Shown: positions 46,506 through 59,377, numbered from the whole stretch's first letter. The stretch: 63,952 nucleotides of DNA, filler included, from Thelocarpon superellum (GCA_026025795.1; 3 parts of 3 records of this genome joined end to end with filler, not necessarily neighbours in it); one strand, 5' to 3'. The notes: generated by a model from the sequence alone, not told the origin. Translations and numbers: made by a program.

Positions 46506-48497
46506 TCACACTCCATTGCCACGGGCACCACTCGTCTTCCTGAACCGAGCCCATCCCATGCTCATTCCCAAACCACCCGTCGTACCACTCACCGCACGAC
46601 CAGAGGAGGTGTTGGCGGTGATGAAGTGGCCGGAGGTGGTCAGGGGGATGCGGTCCTCAGCGGCGACGTTGACGTTGACGGGACTGTTCTCCGTATATGG
46701 AACACGGCCCTCCTCGGCCACCTTCCCGCTGACTTCGCGCCGACCCACGGACATCCCGACCATGAGCGGCGGCGTGGCCGACTTGAGCTCGCCGTACAGC
46801 TTTGCTTTGAAAGAGCCGGCGCCCACCCCGCCGCGGTTGAGGCTGCCGAGGCGCAGGCCCGGCTGGTATCGGTCCGATGACAAGTGGTACTGTTGTTGCT
46901 GTTGCTGGTTCGGCTGCGCAACGGAAAGGGAGCGGTCTTGCTGGAGGATAGGGCGCGAGTGGTGTTTGGGCGGCGGTGATAGAGCGTGTCCGACCGGTGG
47001 CGTGGGTGGGTTCGCTTCGAGTGGAAGAGGGTGAGGAGAGTGGTGCGGAGGGAGGAGGGAAATGATGGAGACGTCGTCGTTTTCGTCTTGCTCGAGCGTG
47101 TACCCGGGCGGGAGCTGGAGCTTGTCTTCGTACCCGTGCCCCTGCCCGTGCCCTTGCTCATGTTGGTTGTCCATGAATCGGTTCTCCTGCTCGACGAGCG
47201 GCGTGTAGATGTTCTCCGTCTCGTTCGTGATGGCTCCCGCCATACTCTTGCTCGCGCTCTTGCTCTTCCTCGTGCTCTTGCTGGTGGTGCTCGCCGCCGC
47301 GAGATGTTGAAGTTCCTTGGGCTGCACTGGCTCCGCATTCTCCTTGCCCTCTTCGTACGTGAACCAGTTGTCGCCAATCAGAGGATACCGAGAGTCCAGG
47401 CTCTTCCTCTTGGACGGCGACTTGAACGTCTTTGGGTGGTGGGAGGACCGCTTCGACGGGGCCTGTGACTGGGCCGCCACTGAGCGCGTGATCGACGCGG
47501 GACGTGCGTTGTGCCGCGACACCTGGCTGGGTAGATCGGACCGTGAGTCTCGCTGGCGGCGGGTTTGAGGACCGCCAAAGGTATCAGTGGACCCGGTCCG
47601 CGTCCGAGGCGCGCCAAAAGTGTCCGTGGATCCGTTGCGGCTCTGAGGGCCGCCGACGGTGTCCGTGGATCCGGTGCGCGTATGGGTAAAGGGCATCAAG
47701 CGGGGCAGCGACACGGACGGATGTTCCACCTGGGAGATGGGGCGGGACTCCAGCCCCCCGTCCGAGGAGGACGTCAGCGTCGAGCCGTGGCTGATGCGCT
47801 TCTCCGACATGTAGGAGTCGCGCTTTTTATGCCGACAGGTGAGATTATCCTCCAGTGGGTTCATGTCCGGCGGCAGGTGCGAGATCTGGCGGAAGATGAT
47901 GGCCAGATAGATATCCAGCACCAGGGACACGGCGTGCAGCCCGGCGTTCACGACGGACACTAGGAGCACCGCATAGACAATCATGCGGTCCGTGGTGTCT
48001 TTATTGAACACCGTGCCCCAGTCCATGGGGCCCCCCGTGACACGATGCTGCGCGTTGGCCAAGATGGCCGTGAAGACGTAGAAGGGCACCAGGCCCGCGT
48101 CGAGGCCCGCCGCGAAAACCATGTAGCTGGCCGATGAAGCCGGCGTCCGGCCCGAGGCTTTCCGCGCCAGATGGTAGATGGCGTACACGCAGTGAACGAG
48201 GGCCACTCCGGGCTATCCAGATGCGTCAGCCTGCGGCGCTCCAGATATGTGCCACGAAGGATACGTACGGCGATTCGAATGATCCATCCATCCGTCAAGT
48301 CCACGTTGCGGAGACAGACGGTGCCGATGAGCATGCCGATGGCGCCGATCAAAGCCAGCCCGCGAAGCATCAGCTGGATCCATCGCAGCCACTTGACCTT
48401 GCTCTTGGTGCGCCGGCTCATGGGAGCCGCCTTGGTGTTGCCATAGGGCAGGATGATGTAGCTATCCGGATGGGTGTTGAAATCCAACAGCGGTCCA
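46506..48497 (-). CDS. Fungal uncharacterised membrane protein (about 4 N-terminal TM helices, long disordered C-terminal tail); 5' end lost in the gap
   Basis: Hydrophobic segments WIQLMLRGLALIGAIGMLIG, WIIRIA|PGVALVHCVYAIYHL and ASYMVFAAGLD, then LPPDMNPLEDNLT. Intron at 48268-48213. Confidence 0.75.
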
Positions 48498-48597
48498 NNN
48501 NNNNNNNNNNNNNNNNNNNNNNNNNNNNNNNNNNNNNNNNNTTAATTAATTAANNNNNNNNNNNNNNNNNNNNNNNNNNNNNNNNNNNNNNNNNNNN
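48498..48597. other. Artificial scaffold/contig spacer (N44-TTAATTAATTAA-N44)
   Basis: Same 100-nt structure as 24200-24299. Confidence 0.95.
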
Positions 48598-48617
48598 TAC
48601 CACCCTCGCTGGCTGAC

Positions 48618-48994
48618 TCAACATGACCAGATGCCCCGCCGTGCAAGCCTCGTCCGCTTCACGACGCCGCCGCTCTTCCCTTGTCCTGCGCGCTCCTTGA
48701 GACTCAGGCCTTCAATGGCGTTGGATGCTAGAAAGCCGCCGGCCGAATGGGCCACCAGCAGCACTTCCTCGCCGGCCTCCACTAGGGGCTCCAGCTTCTG
48801 GCGGATGGCCACGACATCATCCTCTTGCGTGGGATTACCGGGCGACGTGGGCCCGTGCTGCGAAGCGGGGCGTAGACGGTCTTGTAGCCATACACGGCCT
48901 GCAGGGTCGAGGTCACCTCGTCGAAGACCTCGGGCCCTTCCCAGAAACCGGGCACGATCACAATGGTCGGTTTCGTGCTCGTGTTAGAAGCCAT
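48618..48994 (-). pseudogene. Frameshifted, truncated alpha/beta hydrolase (Abhydrolase_6-like)
   Basis: KPTIVIVPGFWEGP...LRSTG is in one frame, while TSPGNPTQEDDVVAIR...VLLVAHSAGG...GGVV is in another (1-nt deletion near 48850). Similarity is lost after GGVVK. It lies next to a contig end, so an assembly error is possible. Confidence 0.7.
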
Positions 48995-49476
48995 GATACG
49001 TGGATGGGTCAATGGTGAATCTTCAGCAATGATTGGGCGTCTCGTGAGAATGCCTTACGTTCGTATTCGCACCCTCGGCAGGGTCGTCATCTTGACTTGC
49101 TCCGCTGATCGGGCAGTGTTTGCGCCGCCCCGCCGTAAGCGCTAGAACGGGCGTGGACGTGGAACGCAGAGTTTCATGTTCGGCCTCTTGGATGACGGAA
49201 ACAGCCAGGCTCCGTCGATGCCAATCGGGCGATGATTTGATCTATTGCTACAAAGAAGATGACCACGTATCGAATGGCGCGAGCATGAACGGCATCATCC
49301 CATCGATCCATGCTGTACATGCAACGCGTCATCACCACCCCTTGGTCGATACCTACGCAGCGTGAGTAGCTGGAGGCTAGATACAGATGGTGGGTATGAG
49401 GTAGCCACTTCCGAGCAAGATATGAACAAGATGTACAAGATGCCTGTATCGATGACCGCCTGCTGGCTGGTGGTGC

Positions 49477-49990
49477 CTAGGGAGGGAAGGGAGGAAAGAC
49501 TGGAAAAGCGGTGTCGCCATTTAGATCGACCGGATTATCCGTTGGTAGCGTAGGCTCACAGACCGTCCGAACCCACGTTCGATTGGCGAAGCCCAGGCTG
49601 GGAAGACAATCGCCGGGTATGATTGGGTCCGAGACCAGTTGCGATGTTGGGATGGCACTTGTACAAGTTGCGTCGGCGTAGAAGGCCGTGCTGCAGCTGC
49701 TCACGGACGACTGATTGGCGTACTGGGCAGCGTAATGTAGGCTATTGACCAGACTAATCCCGTCACCGATGAGACTGCAGTTTCCCATGGGCACGGAGGG
49801 GAAGGGGTCTTGGGGGCCGGTGCAATTGGGGGAGGCATAGGCGGTGTAGTAGACCAAGTTGGTGGTGGACGGATCATATATTACCACCTGTGCGACGACT
49901 GCGACGATGCTGGCGAGGAAGAGAAGTGATCTCTTTTCCTAATGAAGTCAGACAGTGCCGTTTGGAAGGATGCTCGGACTCGCGCACCAT
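49477..49990 (-). CDS. Small secreted 6-Cys protein (~154 aa), unknown function
   Basis: ATG (49990-49988), a 49-nt intron (GTGCGC...CTGAC...TAG, 49987-49939) and exon 49938-49477 give MEKRSLLFLASIVAVVAQ (signal peptide) in frame with ORF 49477-49887. Confidence 0.65.
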
Positions 49991-50681
49991 GGACAGCAAC
50001 ATGGTCGGCCAGACCAAACGGCCCGCAGTCTGGAGCCAGCTCATCAAGAACGTCTCATTGCGAAGTCTGACAACTCTCCTCTTCCCATGAGTTGTGTGAT
50101 GACAGGTTCGTGAGCGACGCGCACTGCGAAGAGATCAATGGGATTGACTGTGAAGATATCAGTGGAATTGACGCAGGTGCCCACGTCTCAAATTTAGAGT
50201 CGAACGGCGCATGACCGCTGAAGACCACGATGGAGCGATTTAAGATTAGATTATGCTGTCCTATATACAGTGACCCTCATACCTCGAAGGCAGAGGATAA
50301 ACGAGAAACGGGTCACGAGTGGTACGTGAACGAGTAACAAGGAGGTCGGTCAAGCCAGTGCGTGGATGGCCGAGCGGTTTAGGGAATGCAAGTGTGAGGA
50401 CCGAAAAGGATGGCTGTCGGGAGTCCGGCATGCTACTTCCATTCCACCACGATGGAGGGGCGATATTGATACGGGAGCCGATAACAACCCTAGAGGAAAG
50501 TCAAGGGTCGCGAAGCTTCGGCGTCCATAAGCTTCGTCATGCATCTCGCGGAACCAATGATTGGTAATGCTGGGCGTCGGTGGAAGCTCCAGTCTCCAGA
50601 TATGAGGCTCACCGCGCCCACGATATCCTCCTCGCTCAAGAGGATCGGATTCGATCTTCCTTCAAGATCGAGATCAACGTC

Positions 50682-51758
50682 ATGATGGAAGGAGACGAGG
50701 ATATTCAACTGACCATCCACCACCATGGCACGACACACATCCTCCCCTTCCCCAGGGACGCCACCTTGGTGGATCTATCCTCGACCGTCACCACGAACCT
50801 TTCCATTCCGCAGTCAAACCAAAAATTCATGATCACCCCAAAACCAGGCCTCCTCAAGCCGCCCTTTCCCACCCTTCCCCTCTCCACTCTCACCTCTAAG
50901 AAAATCCTCCTCCTGGGGTCCACAGCCACCGAGATCGCCTCCATCAACCTCCCTCCGCCCTCCCACTCCTCTCGCGCACGTCGTCACTCCCGCCCGCCCG
51001 CCACGGCCAAACCTAGTCGGCACCGTGACTGGAAGCGGGCGCAAGAAGAAGCACTGTACACCTTCACCACACTCCGACCGCTCCCGTACCTCCCCAACCC
51101 CTCGCGGTCCCTGCGGATGCTCGAACGGCTCCGAGACGACGCCGGCATCAAAGCGACGATGCGGAAACACCAATGGACGGTCCCGCTCCTCACAGAGATG
51201 GACCCGGCGCAGCACACGACACACGACGGCAAAACGCTCGGGCTGAACCGCAATGGCGGCGAAGTGATTGAGCTCCGACTCCGCACGGATGCCTACGACG
51301 GATACCGAGACTACAAGGGCGTGCGCAAGACGCTATGTCACGAGCTGACCCACAACGTGTTCAGCGAGCACGATGCCAAGTTCTGGGCCCTGTGCAAGCA
51401 GCTGGAAAAGGAAGTGGAGACTGCCGACTGGCGCAGCGGAGGACGCGCTCTGACGGACGAAGAATTCTACAATCCGCACGACGATCTGGACCAAGGAGGG
51501 GACGAGGGAGACCACGTCGACCATGGTGCGTGGACGGGTGGAGAATATGTCTTGGGCGGTGCTCCTGCTCCGTCCTCATCTGCCGCCTCGCCAACGACGG
51601 TGACAGCCACAACAGCTCCGCCGCTCTCAAGACGCGACATCCTAGCCAGAGCAGCGGAGGCACGCATGCGCGTGCGGAGATGGGGAGATGGACCTGCGTC
51701 TGCGCCTGATTCAGACGCCGACGGAGCTGGAAGCTCCGGTCATCCATCAGACTCGTGA
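50682..51758 (+). CDS. Ubiquitin-like domain + WLM zinc metalloprotease (Wss1-family paralog)
   Basis: N-terminal UBL-like region (LSIPQSNQKFM), LLTEMDP, LGLNRNGGEVIELRLRTD, and the HExxH motif in TLCHELTHNV..H...FW. Confidence 0.9.
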   Translation: MMEGDEDIQLTIHHHGTTHILPFPRDATLVDLSSTVTTNLSIPQSNQKFMITPKPGLLKPPFPTLPLSTLTSKKILLLGSTATEIASINLPPPSHSSRARRHSRPPATAKPSRHRDWKRAQEEALYTFTTLRPLPYLPNPSRSLRMLERLRDDAGIKATMRKHQWTVPLLTEMDPAQHTTHDGKTLGLNRNGGEVIELRLRTDAYDGYRDYKGVRKTLCHELTHNVFSEHDAKFWALCKQLEKEVETADWRSGGRALTDEEFYNPHDDLDQGGDEGDHVDHGAWTGGEYVLGGAPAPSSSAASPTTVTATTAPPLSRRDILARAAEARMRVRRWGDGPASAPDSDADGAGSSGHPSDS

Positions 51759-51816
51759 GAGCGAGAGCGAGAGAGGAGACGCGTGGTTTTTCACGTACAT
51801 GTACATGTACATCCCT

Positions 51817-51849
51817 CTTCTTCTTCTTCTTCTTCTTCTTCTTCTTCTT
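51817..51849. repeat. (CTT)11 microsatellite in the 3' region of the WLM gene, preceded by (GTACAT)3
   Basis: Read directly from the sequence. Confidence 0.9.
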
Positions 51850-52685
51850 CATTTCCTCAGCATCATGAAGGCTAGATACGTATCTACTGAAAGGCAGGAA
51901 GGAAGCAAGGAACAATAATGAAACTATGCATTCCATATCATACAAGCGCTTAGTCGCCGATGGGCCGGCAAAAGGGACGTATCGTAATGATCTATCTATC
52001 AGGATTTTCCTCCCTCTCTCCCTTCCCTCACTCACTGTTCTCTGTTCTGACTCTTGTCTCGTTGCATGTCCGTGGTATATGCGCTCGCGTATGCTTATGC
52101 CATGCCATGCCATACCATGCTTCGATTGCACTCTCTCGTCCTCCGCTCCCTTATCCCTTATACCTTCGCGTCTCATCCCGTCCCTCGTCCCTCGTCTCGC
52201 TGAGTGCATGTCAAAGACGTAACAAGAGAGACGTGTAAAGTACATCTAGCAGGGCATGGGCAGGGATATGGGCAGGGGCTGGGTATGAGCAAGGCACGAG
52301 CAGGGCATGAGCAGCACGAACCTGAAATGCACAATGTAGATCGAAGGTCGTAGAACGCAGGACGCATATGCAGTGGACAAGAAGACAATGACAAAGAAAA
52401 TCGGTGCAGGATTTGTTGGCGCAGATTTGCACCCCTCTCTCCCTCCTTCGCGCTCCCGCCAAGCCAAAGAATCGATATATTCCAATCGATCCGATGTCCG
52501 TACGTGAATAAACTGTCTTCTTCAGTCTTCTTTAATCCTGGTCACTCGCGATTTTCTCGTTCCATGCTCGTTCTTGTCGTCTTCTCCATCAACCCTCCAC
52601 CCTCATCATGCGTCACCGTGTCTACTCGTGAGGGTTCGAACGAGGGGGAGAGATGAAAGATGAGGGATGGAGACAAGACCAAACC

Positions 52686-55600
52686 TCATCCGGCAGCTTT
52701 GAGCTCCCGCGCCAACCGCGTCAACGGTGGAATCTTGCGCAGGACCGGATCAAGTGCGTTCGTCTCAGCAATATGCATGTATAGCCCCTCGAGGCGCTGG
52801 ATCAACACATCCATGATCCGAGGCAGGACTTCACGCACGTCGGCATCCTAGAGGGCGTGAGTCAGAAAACAAAGCAGGTGATACGACAGGAAGGAGAGAC
52901 AAACAGCCGGGTCAATCGAGGTAAAGCATGCCTCGAGCCAGTCCAGCCGCTCCTTGATGTAGGTCTGAAGACTCGAGCTGACCGTGGCGGCAACCGAGAG
53001 CAACACGAGCGGTGAGAGCGACTGCGTGTACGTGGGCCCGAACCGCACGAAGAAGCGGTCAAACAATTCCGTCTGCTGGTTGGATTGAAGCCACTGCACC
53101 CAGTATCTTAGTAAAGCGAGTCTCTCTGACGTGTCCCACTATCGTCACCTGAATCGTCGCCTCCTCATATCGTTCCTCGCGCATCATTGCCGTGATCGAG
53201 TCTTGCTCTTCTTGCTCCGCCGTCCGCTGCGGTGAGACGGGCACTTGATGTTGTCGTGACGAGGCTCGCACCGCCTCCGCCGGTGCGGCGGCTTGAAGAG
53301 GCTGTACCGACATCACTTGTCGCTGCAGCTTTAGAATCTCACGCTGAAAGTCCGTCTGCGCATCCGCCATGCGCGACACCGTTTGCGTCAGACTGCGCAC
53401 CAAGTCCTGCAGTTGGTCGATCTTGGCGTTGTCCTGCTGACGAAGTCCCTCGACCGCGCGGACTTGGCCCAGGGCGCGGCGCTCCATCTCGCCCACCATC
53501 TGCTGCGACGTGCTCAGGGCCAGCTCGGTGAAGGCGGGGGCGATGGTGCCGTGCAGGATCGTGACGAACTCGCGCTCCACATGTGCCGCCACCTTCTTCG
53601 TCACCAGCTCGGAGATGACGCGGAGGAGATCCGGTGACTGCATCACCCGGGCGATGGCGTCTGGCAGCGCCCCCCGGATCTCCCGGCTGAGCGTGTGGGG
53701 CAGCTCCTCGCGGAGCACTTCCACTATGCTCCGACGCACGCTTGAGGCCGTCACATCTGCAATGGACGGTAGCACGGCTTGTTGAATGCTGCGGTCGATC
53801 ATCCGCGCCAACGACTTCTCCACATTTTCCGACAGCGTGCTTGACACCAGGCGCAACACCGCATCCTGCTTCGCGTCACCCGACGCTTGCTGAATCCGCT
53901 TGTCCTCGTCGAATCGGCGATAAAGCCCGTCGAGCTCCTTGGCGATGACGCGCGAGAACTCGCTCGTCACGGTCGTTTCAATCTTCTTGAGCTCCTGCTC
54001 CGACACGCCCACGGCACTCCACGTCGTCTCGGCCACATTCGGCGTGGTGCCATTTTCCCTCTCGAGCTCCACAACCTCCTTGTATGCCTTGGCGTGGCCG
54101 GTCGTCTTGCTGCCGGCAGACGCCTGTAAGGCCTTGATCGGGGTTGAGGCAGTCGGCGCGGACACCGCGGCCTCCTCCGTCCGCCCTGCGTGTTCTCGCT
54201 TCTTCTTTCGCTTGTCCGCCCGATCCGTACCGCTCAAGTCCTGAGCGCCATTGAAGAGCGTCGGACGTGCCGCATCGCGCGAAGGCGTCGTGGCGGCGGG
54301 CTTCCCTGCTGCGTCCTTGGATGCGGAACGTGGGATGGGATCCTGACCATTGGCGCCGCTCGCCTTCTCACCCTCCGTCGCCGGAGGCTCGGAGGCCGGG
54401 GCCGATGGGATCTCGCGCAAGTCGCGGATCTCGAGCAGACCATGCTGCTCGGCGTCGATAGGATGCAAGACACGGCCTTCTTTGCTCCAGCCAAGGTCCT
54501 CGCGCTTGATGCTAAAGGAGCTGACCCCGCGCGAATGCATGACGTATAGCTCGAAATAGACCGGGTCGTCGGGATCATCCACCGTGGCATTCGGGCGTGA
54601 GAGGATGTCGAGGCTACGCAATTGACCCTTGTTGGCCAGAGAGAATTCGCGTACGCCGCTCATGATGGCCGTCGCCTCGGGCTTGAAGAGCGAGGGGTCC
54701 TTCCGGGCCAAGCGCTCGATATAGCGTGCTTGCGACACGGGCGAGAGGTTGTACCGCGGGGCGGAGAGATGGACGAGGTAGATGGAATTGCGCGTCGGGT
54801 GGCCGACGACGATGATACCGGTGGCCGCATGGTAGGCGACGCTACAGATGCCATCGGTCTCCTGGTCGTGGGGAAAGTGTAGCTCTTGCACAGCCTTGCC
54901 GAGGGCAAGGTCCCACAGCTGCAGCGTGTGATTCTGCTTCAAGCCCACGATCATGTAGCGTTGCGCCGTGCCGCGGAGGTAGGGCCGGGACTTGTCGACG
55001 AACATGACGGACGAGGGCCAGGCCTTCTCCGCCGTGTCGGAGGTCAGGAAGGTGATCAAGGGGGTCTTGACCTCGACGGGCACGAGCTGGTAGCTGTTCT
55101 CCTCCACCACGCCATTGACGCCATCCACCAGGTCGCGGATATCCCAGAGGCGCAGGCGACCCAGCTTGTCGAGCGAGGCGATGGTGCTGTCGTCCTCGCT
55201 GAAAGAAAAGTCTTTGCCGGCCTTGCCGGTTGTGATCTTCAGGCTACGTTCCTGCAGGTACTTTTCCGTGTTCACCACCCGGCTTGTGCCCTGGAGATAA
55301 CGCGGCGAGGCCGCGACGGCGGGCCAGATGAGGTGGATGGCCTTGCCGCGGCCGACGGCAAAGTACTCGGGATGACGGGCACTGGTCTTGGTGCGGGTCT
55401 TGAGCTGTCCGCCCGACGGCGTGTCCTCGGGCGTGGAGATGGGTGGCAGGATAAAGCCATGCCCTTCGGCGGCATCGTCTTCCCACAGGTCGGCATTGGC
55501 CTTGGTGGTGTGGAACCAGTAGACAGCCCCGCTGACGCCCGTGGCCAAGACGGCCTCGGTGCCGGCCGACAGCGGGCCCGGCGGCGAGGCGGCGAGCGAC

Positions 55601-57288
55601 ACATTGAAGACGCGGTCGTTGGTGCTGGGAAAGACTTGCTTGTCACGACCGTCGTCCTGTCGGATGAGGCGGACGCCACCGTGCTTGGACATGGCGTAAA
55701 CGATGTAATCCTCCGAGGACGTGGCCAGAGTACGATCGAGCTGATCGAAATCCTTCTTGAGCCGGGCAATGTCCATGATCTGGTCATCGCGCAGGACGGG
55801 GACGGGGTCCGTGGCAGGCTTCAGATGCAGCGACACAAAGGGCTTGATGGGGAAGTTGTAGACGCGGATGACGCGCTGGGGCTCGTCCTTCGGCGGGCTG
55901 TCCTCGGCGTCGGCACTCTCCCAGCTGTCGGCCACGTTGCCAAGCGCCGCTTCCTCGACGACGGCCTTGACGGTCTGTGCCACGGGTGCCGGAAGCGTCT
56001 CCTCCAAAGCGCCCCGGTTCTCCTTCTTGTCCAGCTCCTTCTGGACGACGACCGCGGCGTTCTTGATGGTCGTCCGAACATCGAGGGGTGTCGTGTGATC
56101 GCCCGCCTCGGAGAGACGCTTGGCCGCTGCGTCCAGGTCATCCTCGGCGCGGGCGAGGGCCTCTTCCACCTCCTGATCGACTTGGTCGCCGACGTGCTCG
56201 AGGGCCGTGGCCACCGTCTCCGGTGTGGATCTGGCTCCTCCCGTGGCGGCGATGGTATTCACAAGAGCGCGTTCAAGATCGACCTTCGGATGGACCGCTG
56301 CGAGTTCGCCAGATCCACTCGTAGCGGGCGAGGCATTGCGCGGCGGGCGTAGGATCTCAAACTTGGGCGTGGCCGAGCGTGACTCTGTTGGACGCGGGGT
56401 CTGGATCTTTGGGGGACGGTTGCGCGGCGATGAGGCCGCCAGCTGGTCGAAAGGATTGACGTACGTGAAGAGCGGCTGCGAGGCGTCCTGTGACGCGGCC
56501 GGGGCCTCGGCTGGGTGAGGCGGATGCACTTGTGGGGGTGGGCCTGCCGTGAGGACGTCCGGTGGAAGGGAACGACGGGCCTCGAGGGAGGTGTCGGCCA
56601 ACTCGCGCGCCAGATGGGTCACGGCGGCGTCCGGGACGGCCTTTTCAATCAGGTTGCTCACCTCGGCCTGGGCGGGCTTCGGACGGTTGAGCAGCTTCAG
56701 AAGGTAGTCCTGCGTCTGCACCGCCGGCGATGGCTTCGATTCCGATGCGGAGCGCGGGGCCTCGGGGCGCTGCTGCGACGATTTGCTCATGAAGGATGCG
56801 ACCAGGTCGGAAGCGGAGATGGTCCTTCCATGTGGACCCTGATTCTCGGGCTGAACCGACGTCAGCGCCCCATCCCCTGACGCCGGCGGTCCGACTACCA
56901 CGGCTGCTTGAGTGGGGGGAGTGTTGGCAGCGGCCTGTTCTTCGGCTTTCGGCTGGCTGAACTTGAGCAGGTTCAACAGGCTGGTGGCACGGTCGGTGTT
57001 GGAGGTCGGTCGGGGCGGCGTCGCATTGGGACGGAGCAGCGACGAGAGACGCTCGGACTGAGCACGCCGCACGCCGGCCTCCTCGGCGGCCGGGGCCTGG
57101 GGGGCATTCGTTGTCGGGCGGACGTCAACGGGCGAGAGCGATGGGATCTGACTGGGCGGAGAGTTGTAGACGGTGATGTTCGGAGACGAGGCCGCCAACG
57201 AGGTCGCCCCTGGGTTGCGAAGATTGGCCAAGAGCGACTCTAGGGATGGGCTGGACGCGCCTGGGTCCTGGCGATTGGTGTCCGCCAT
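52686..57288 (-). CDS. EDC4/Pdc1-like mRNA-decapping scaffold (WD40 region + coiled coil + C-terminal domain)
   Basis: FTYVNPFDQL, VYNFPIKPFVS, DIARLKKDFDQLDRTL, WD-like repeats, QDAVLRLVSSTLSENVEK, YEEATIQ|WLQS, LSPLVLLSV. Two introns near the 3' end. Confidence 0.8.
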
Positions 57289-58072
57289 GGTGCCCACTTG
57301 ACTGCGCCCCCGTTCCGGGGCCGAGGATGATGTCGCTGCGAGCGGGGACCAGTGACGGGGCAAGGGCGAAAGGGTGAAGGAGATGGCTGTAGATGGCGAG
57401 CTGTGGCAGGATTGTTGGTGTGCGCAGCTGTGGCAATTGGGACTGCTCTCGGCTCCACATGGGACAGCGGGCAATCATCCAGCGATGAAAGCTGCTCTGG
57501 CACTCAGACGGAGGTGAGAAAAAAGACTGCAGGGGACCTGTGGACCAGAGCACGGCAGATGCCTGAGGTGAGTGCTGCAGCGAGCGAGGTTGAAGAGACG
57601 GTGATTCAAGAGCAATGATGCCCGAGGCACACCGTCGTTGAGCTCCAGATCGATGAGCTTTAGATGTGGAGAGTTTGTGGCAAGATCAGATCTGAGATGC
57701 TTTGCTCTGGCTGCTCCTGCTCGCCAGAACGGCGTAGTGCCCACACCCGGCTAACTGGCACTGGCACCAGCCCTGGCGCAAGCACTGTCACTAGCCTGAA
57801 GCAAGCCATTCTTCTCCTAAAGTCAGCTCTTTTGGTCGTTCCGTCATCCCGTAGTGGCCCTCTTCGCCGCCACGGTCGCGTCTCGGTGGGTGAGGCTCTC
57901 CCGAGCCAATCTCGGTCGCCGTATTCCTCCGCTCAGGCTCGTCGTCCATGCGTCACAACCCACTCACTAGAATTCTTCCGCCTGGGCAACCTCGACATCA
58001 GTCTTGCGCTGGCATAGTGACCATGAAGACGCCACGATAAGTCCCAAAGGCGCTCATTCAGAACCCCTCGCG

Positions 58073-58606
58073 ATGTTCTGCTTACGAAGGTACCCTCTCT
58101 CCCCCCCTGTCGGACGTGACCGAGGTGACGAGTCTGACGTCTCCAGCTGGCTGCCGCTCCTCTTCATCCCGACCAATGCCTCGCCGGCCTTCATCCTCCT
58201 CTTTTTCTTGTCGACCTACTTTCTGAACCGGCCCTGTGTCTACTGCTCCATCTTGCTGGTGATTTTGTTCATCTCGTCATGCCACTGGTCGGACCACTGT
58301 TTCTTCGACATCCACGGCAACTGGTTCGAGCCACGACATCTATCTTCGCCCTTTCCGAACCCCATCTCCCAACCTGGAAATGAGTCGTCACTCTTGCCGA
58401 CCAACGTGTCGATGGAAAACGCATCCATCTTGGCCGCCGCCGCCGACCAGACGGTGGCCGCGGTGGCGACTGCCGCAGTGGAAGAAGTGAAGCGACGGAT
58501 CCACCTGCGGCCGGAATGGACCGGCCTCGGGGTCGAGTGGATCCGCAGTCTGTTGGGCCGGCGAGAGTGGCGAGTCCCGTGCCTGGATGTACACATCCGG
58601 TTGTGA
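58073..58606 (+). CDS. BC10/BLCAP-like small membrane protein
   Basis: Spliced MFCLRSWLPLLFIP...LNRPCVYCSILL resembles the BLCAP N-terminus (MYCLQWLLPVLLIP...PCxxC). Intron at 58090-58146. Confidence 0.8.
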   Translation: MFCLRRYPLSPPVGRDRGDESDVSSWLPLLFIPTNASPAFILLFFLSTYFLNRPCVYCSILLVILFISSCHWSDHCFFDIHGNWFEPRHLSSPFPNPISQPGNESSLLPTNVSMENASILAAAADQTVAAVATAAVEEVKRRIHLRPEWTGLGVEWIRSLLGRREWRVPCLDVHIRL

Positions 58607-59377
58607 GGGGGACTGTACCGTCTATCATTGGATTACTTGATTTGACTCTCTGCGCAATGATACGGAAGCATGGCGTCAGTCAGGTTATACTCGGAGGTTA
58701 GATTCGAAAGACGCTATCCATACTGTGCAGTGCGCATCTCTGAAGATAACTATATGCTCTTTGTTGGAGTATTGATATCAAGCGACAACGCGGCCAACCG
58801 AGCGCTCCCTCCTGCCCGATCATGGAGTTCATCTGCTTACCGTCCCTTCCGATCTCTTCCCCGTCGTCACACGGCCATCCCCTCTCAACTATACGCACTC
58901 ACTCGCATTCGCATCTGCCTCTCACCCACGAGGCCTCCCATGTCGTATTTCCCAAGCCCGCCCCACGGTCTCTGCCGAAGTTGGCAAACGGACTCCTCGA
59001 GCGTTCAAGCCAAGACAGACATCCGACCATGACCCGTACGAGCTCCTACTTGGTTCGGAAGTCCAGCTGGCGTATTGAAATCTCAACTCACCCATGACTC
59101 CCCCCCTCTCCCCCCCTGCACACGCAGACGAGATCCTACTAGTATATCATGACAAAAAGGGCAGGACCAGGCGGATGAGATAGGCTGTCAGCGTGTGCAT
59201 GCATGTATGGACATATTGCATTTTCGTGGTGTGAAGTGGCGTGCGCAACTCACATGATGATGATCGAATAGTCTCTGCTTTCTTTCTTGCACCAGCGACA
59301 ATAATGGCGGGAATGTGTCGAGCAAGAGAAGCAAGGTTTGATAAATCCAAATAACGAAATCCGCCAAAGTGTAACCG

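Noticed and set aside
4242..51758. Apparent DNA-repair gene cluster (HhH protein, Nse2, Rad5-like SNF2, PMS1, WLM)
   Set aside because: The genes are spread over 47 kb, interleaved with unrelated genes and split by two artificial joins, which is consistent with chance.
51361..52245. 294-aa minus-strand ORF with poly-Lys
   Set aside because: It arises from the (CTT)n microsatellite and antisense overlap with the WLM gene.
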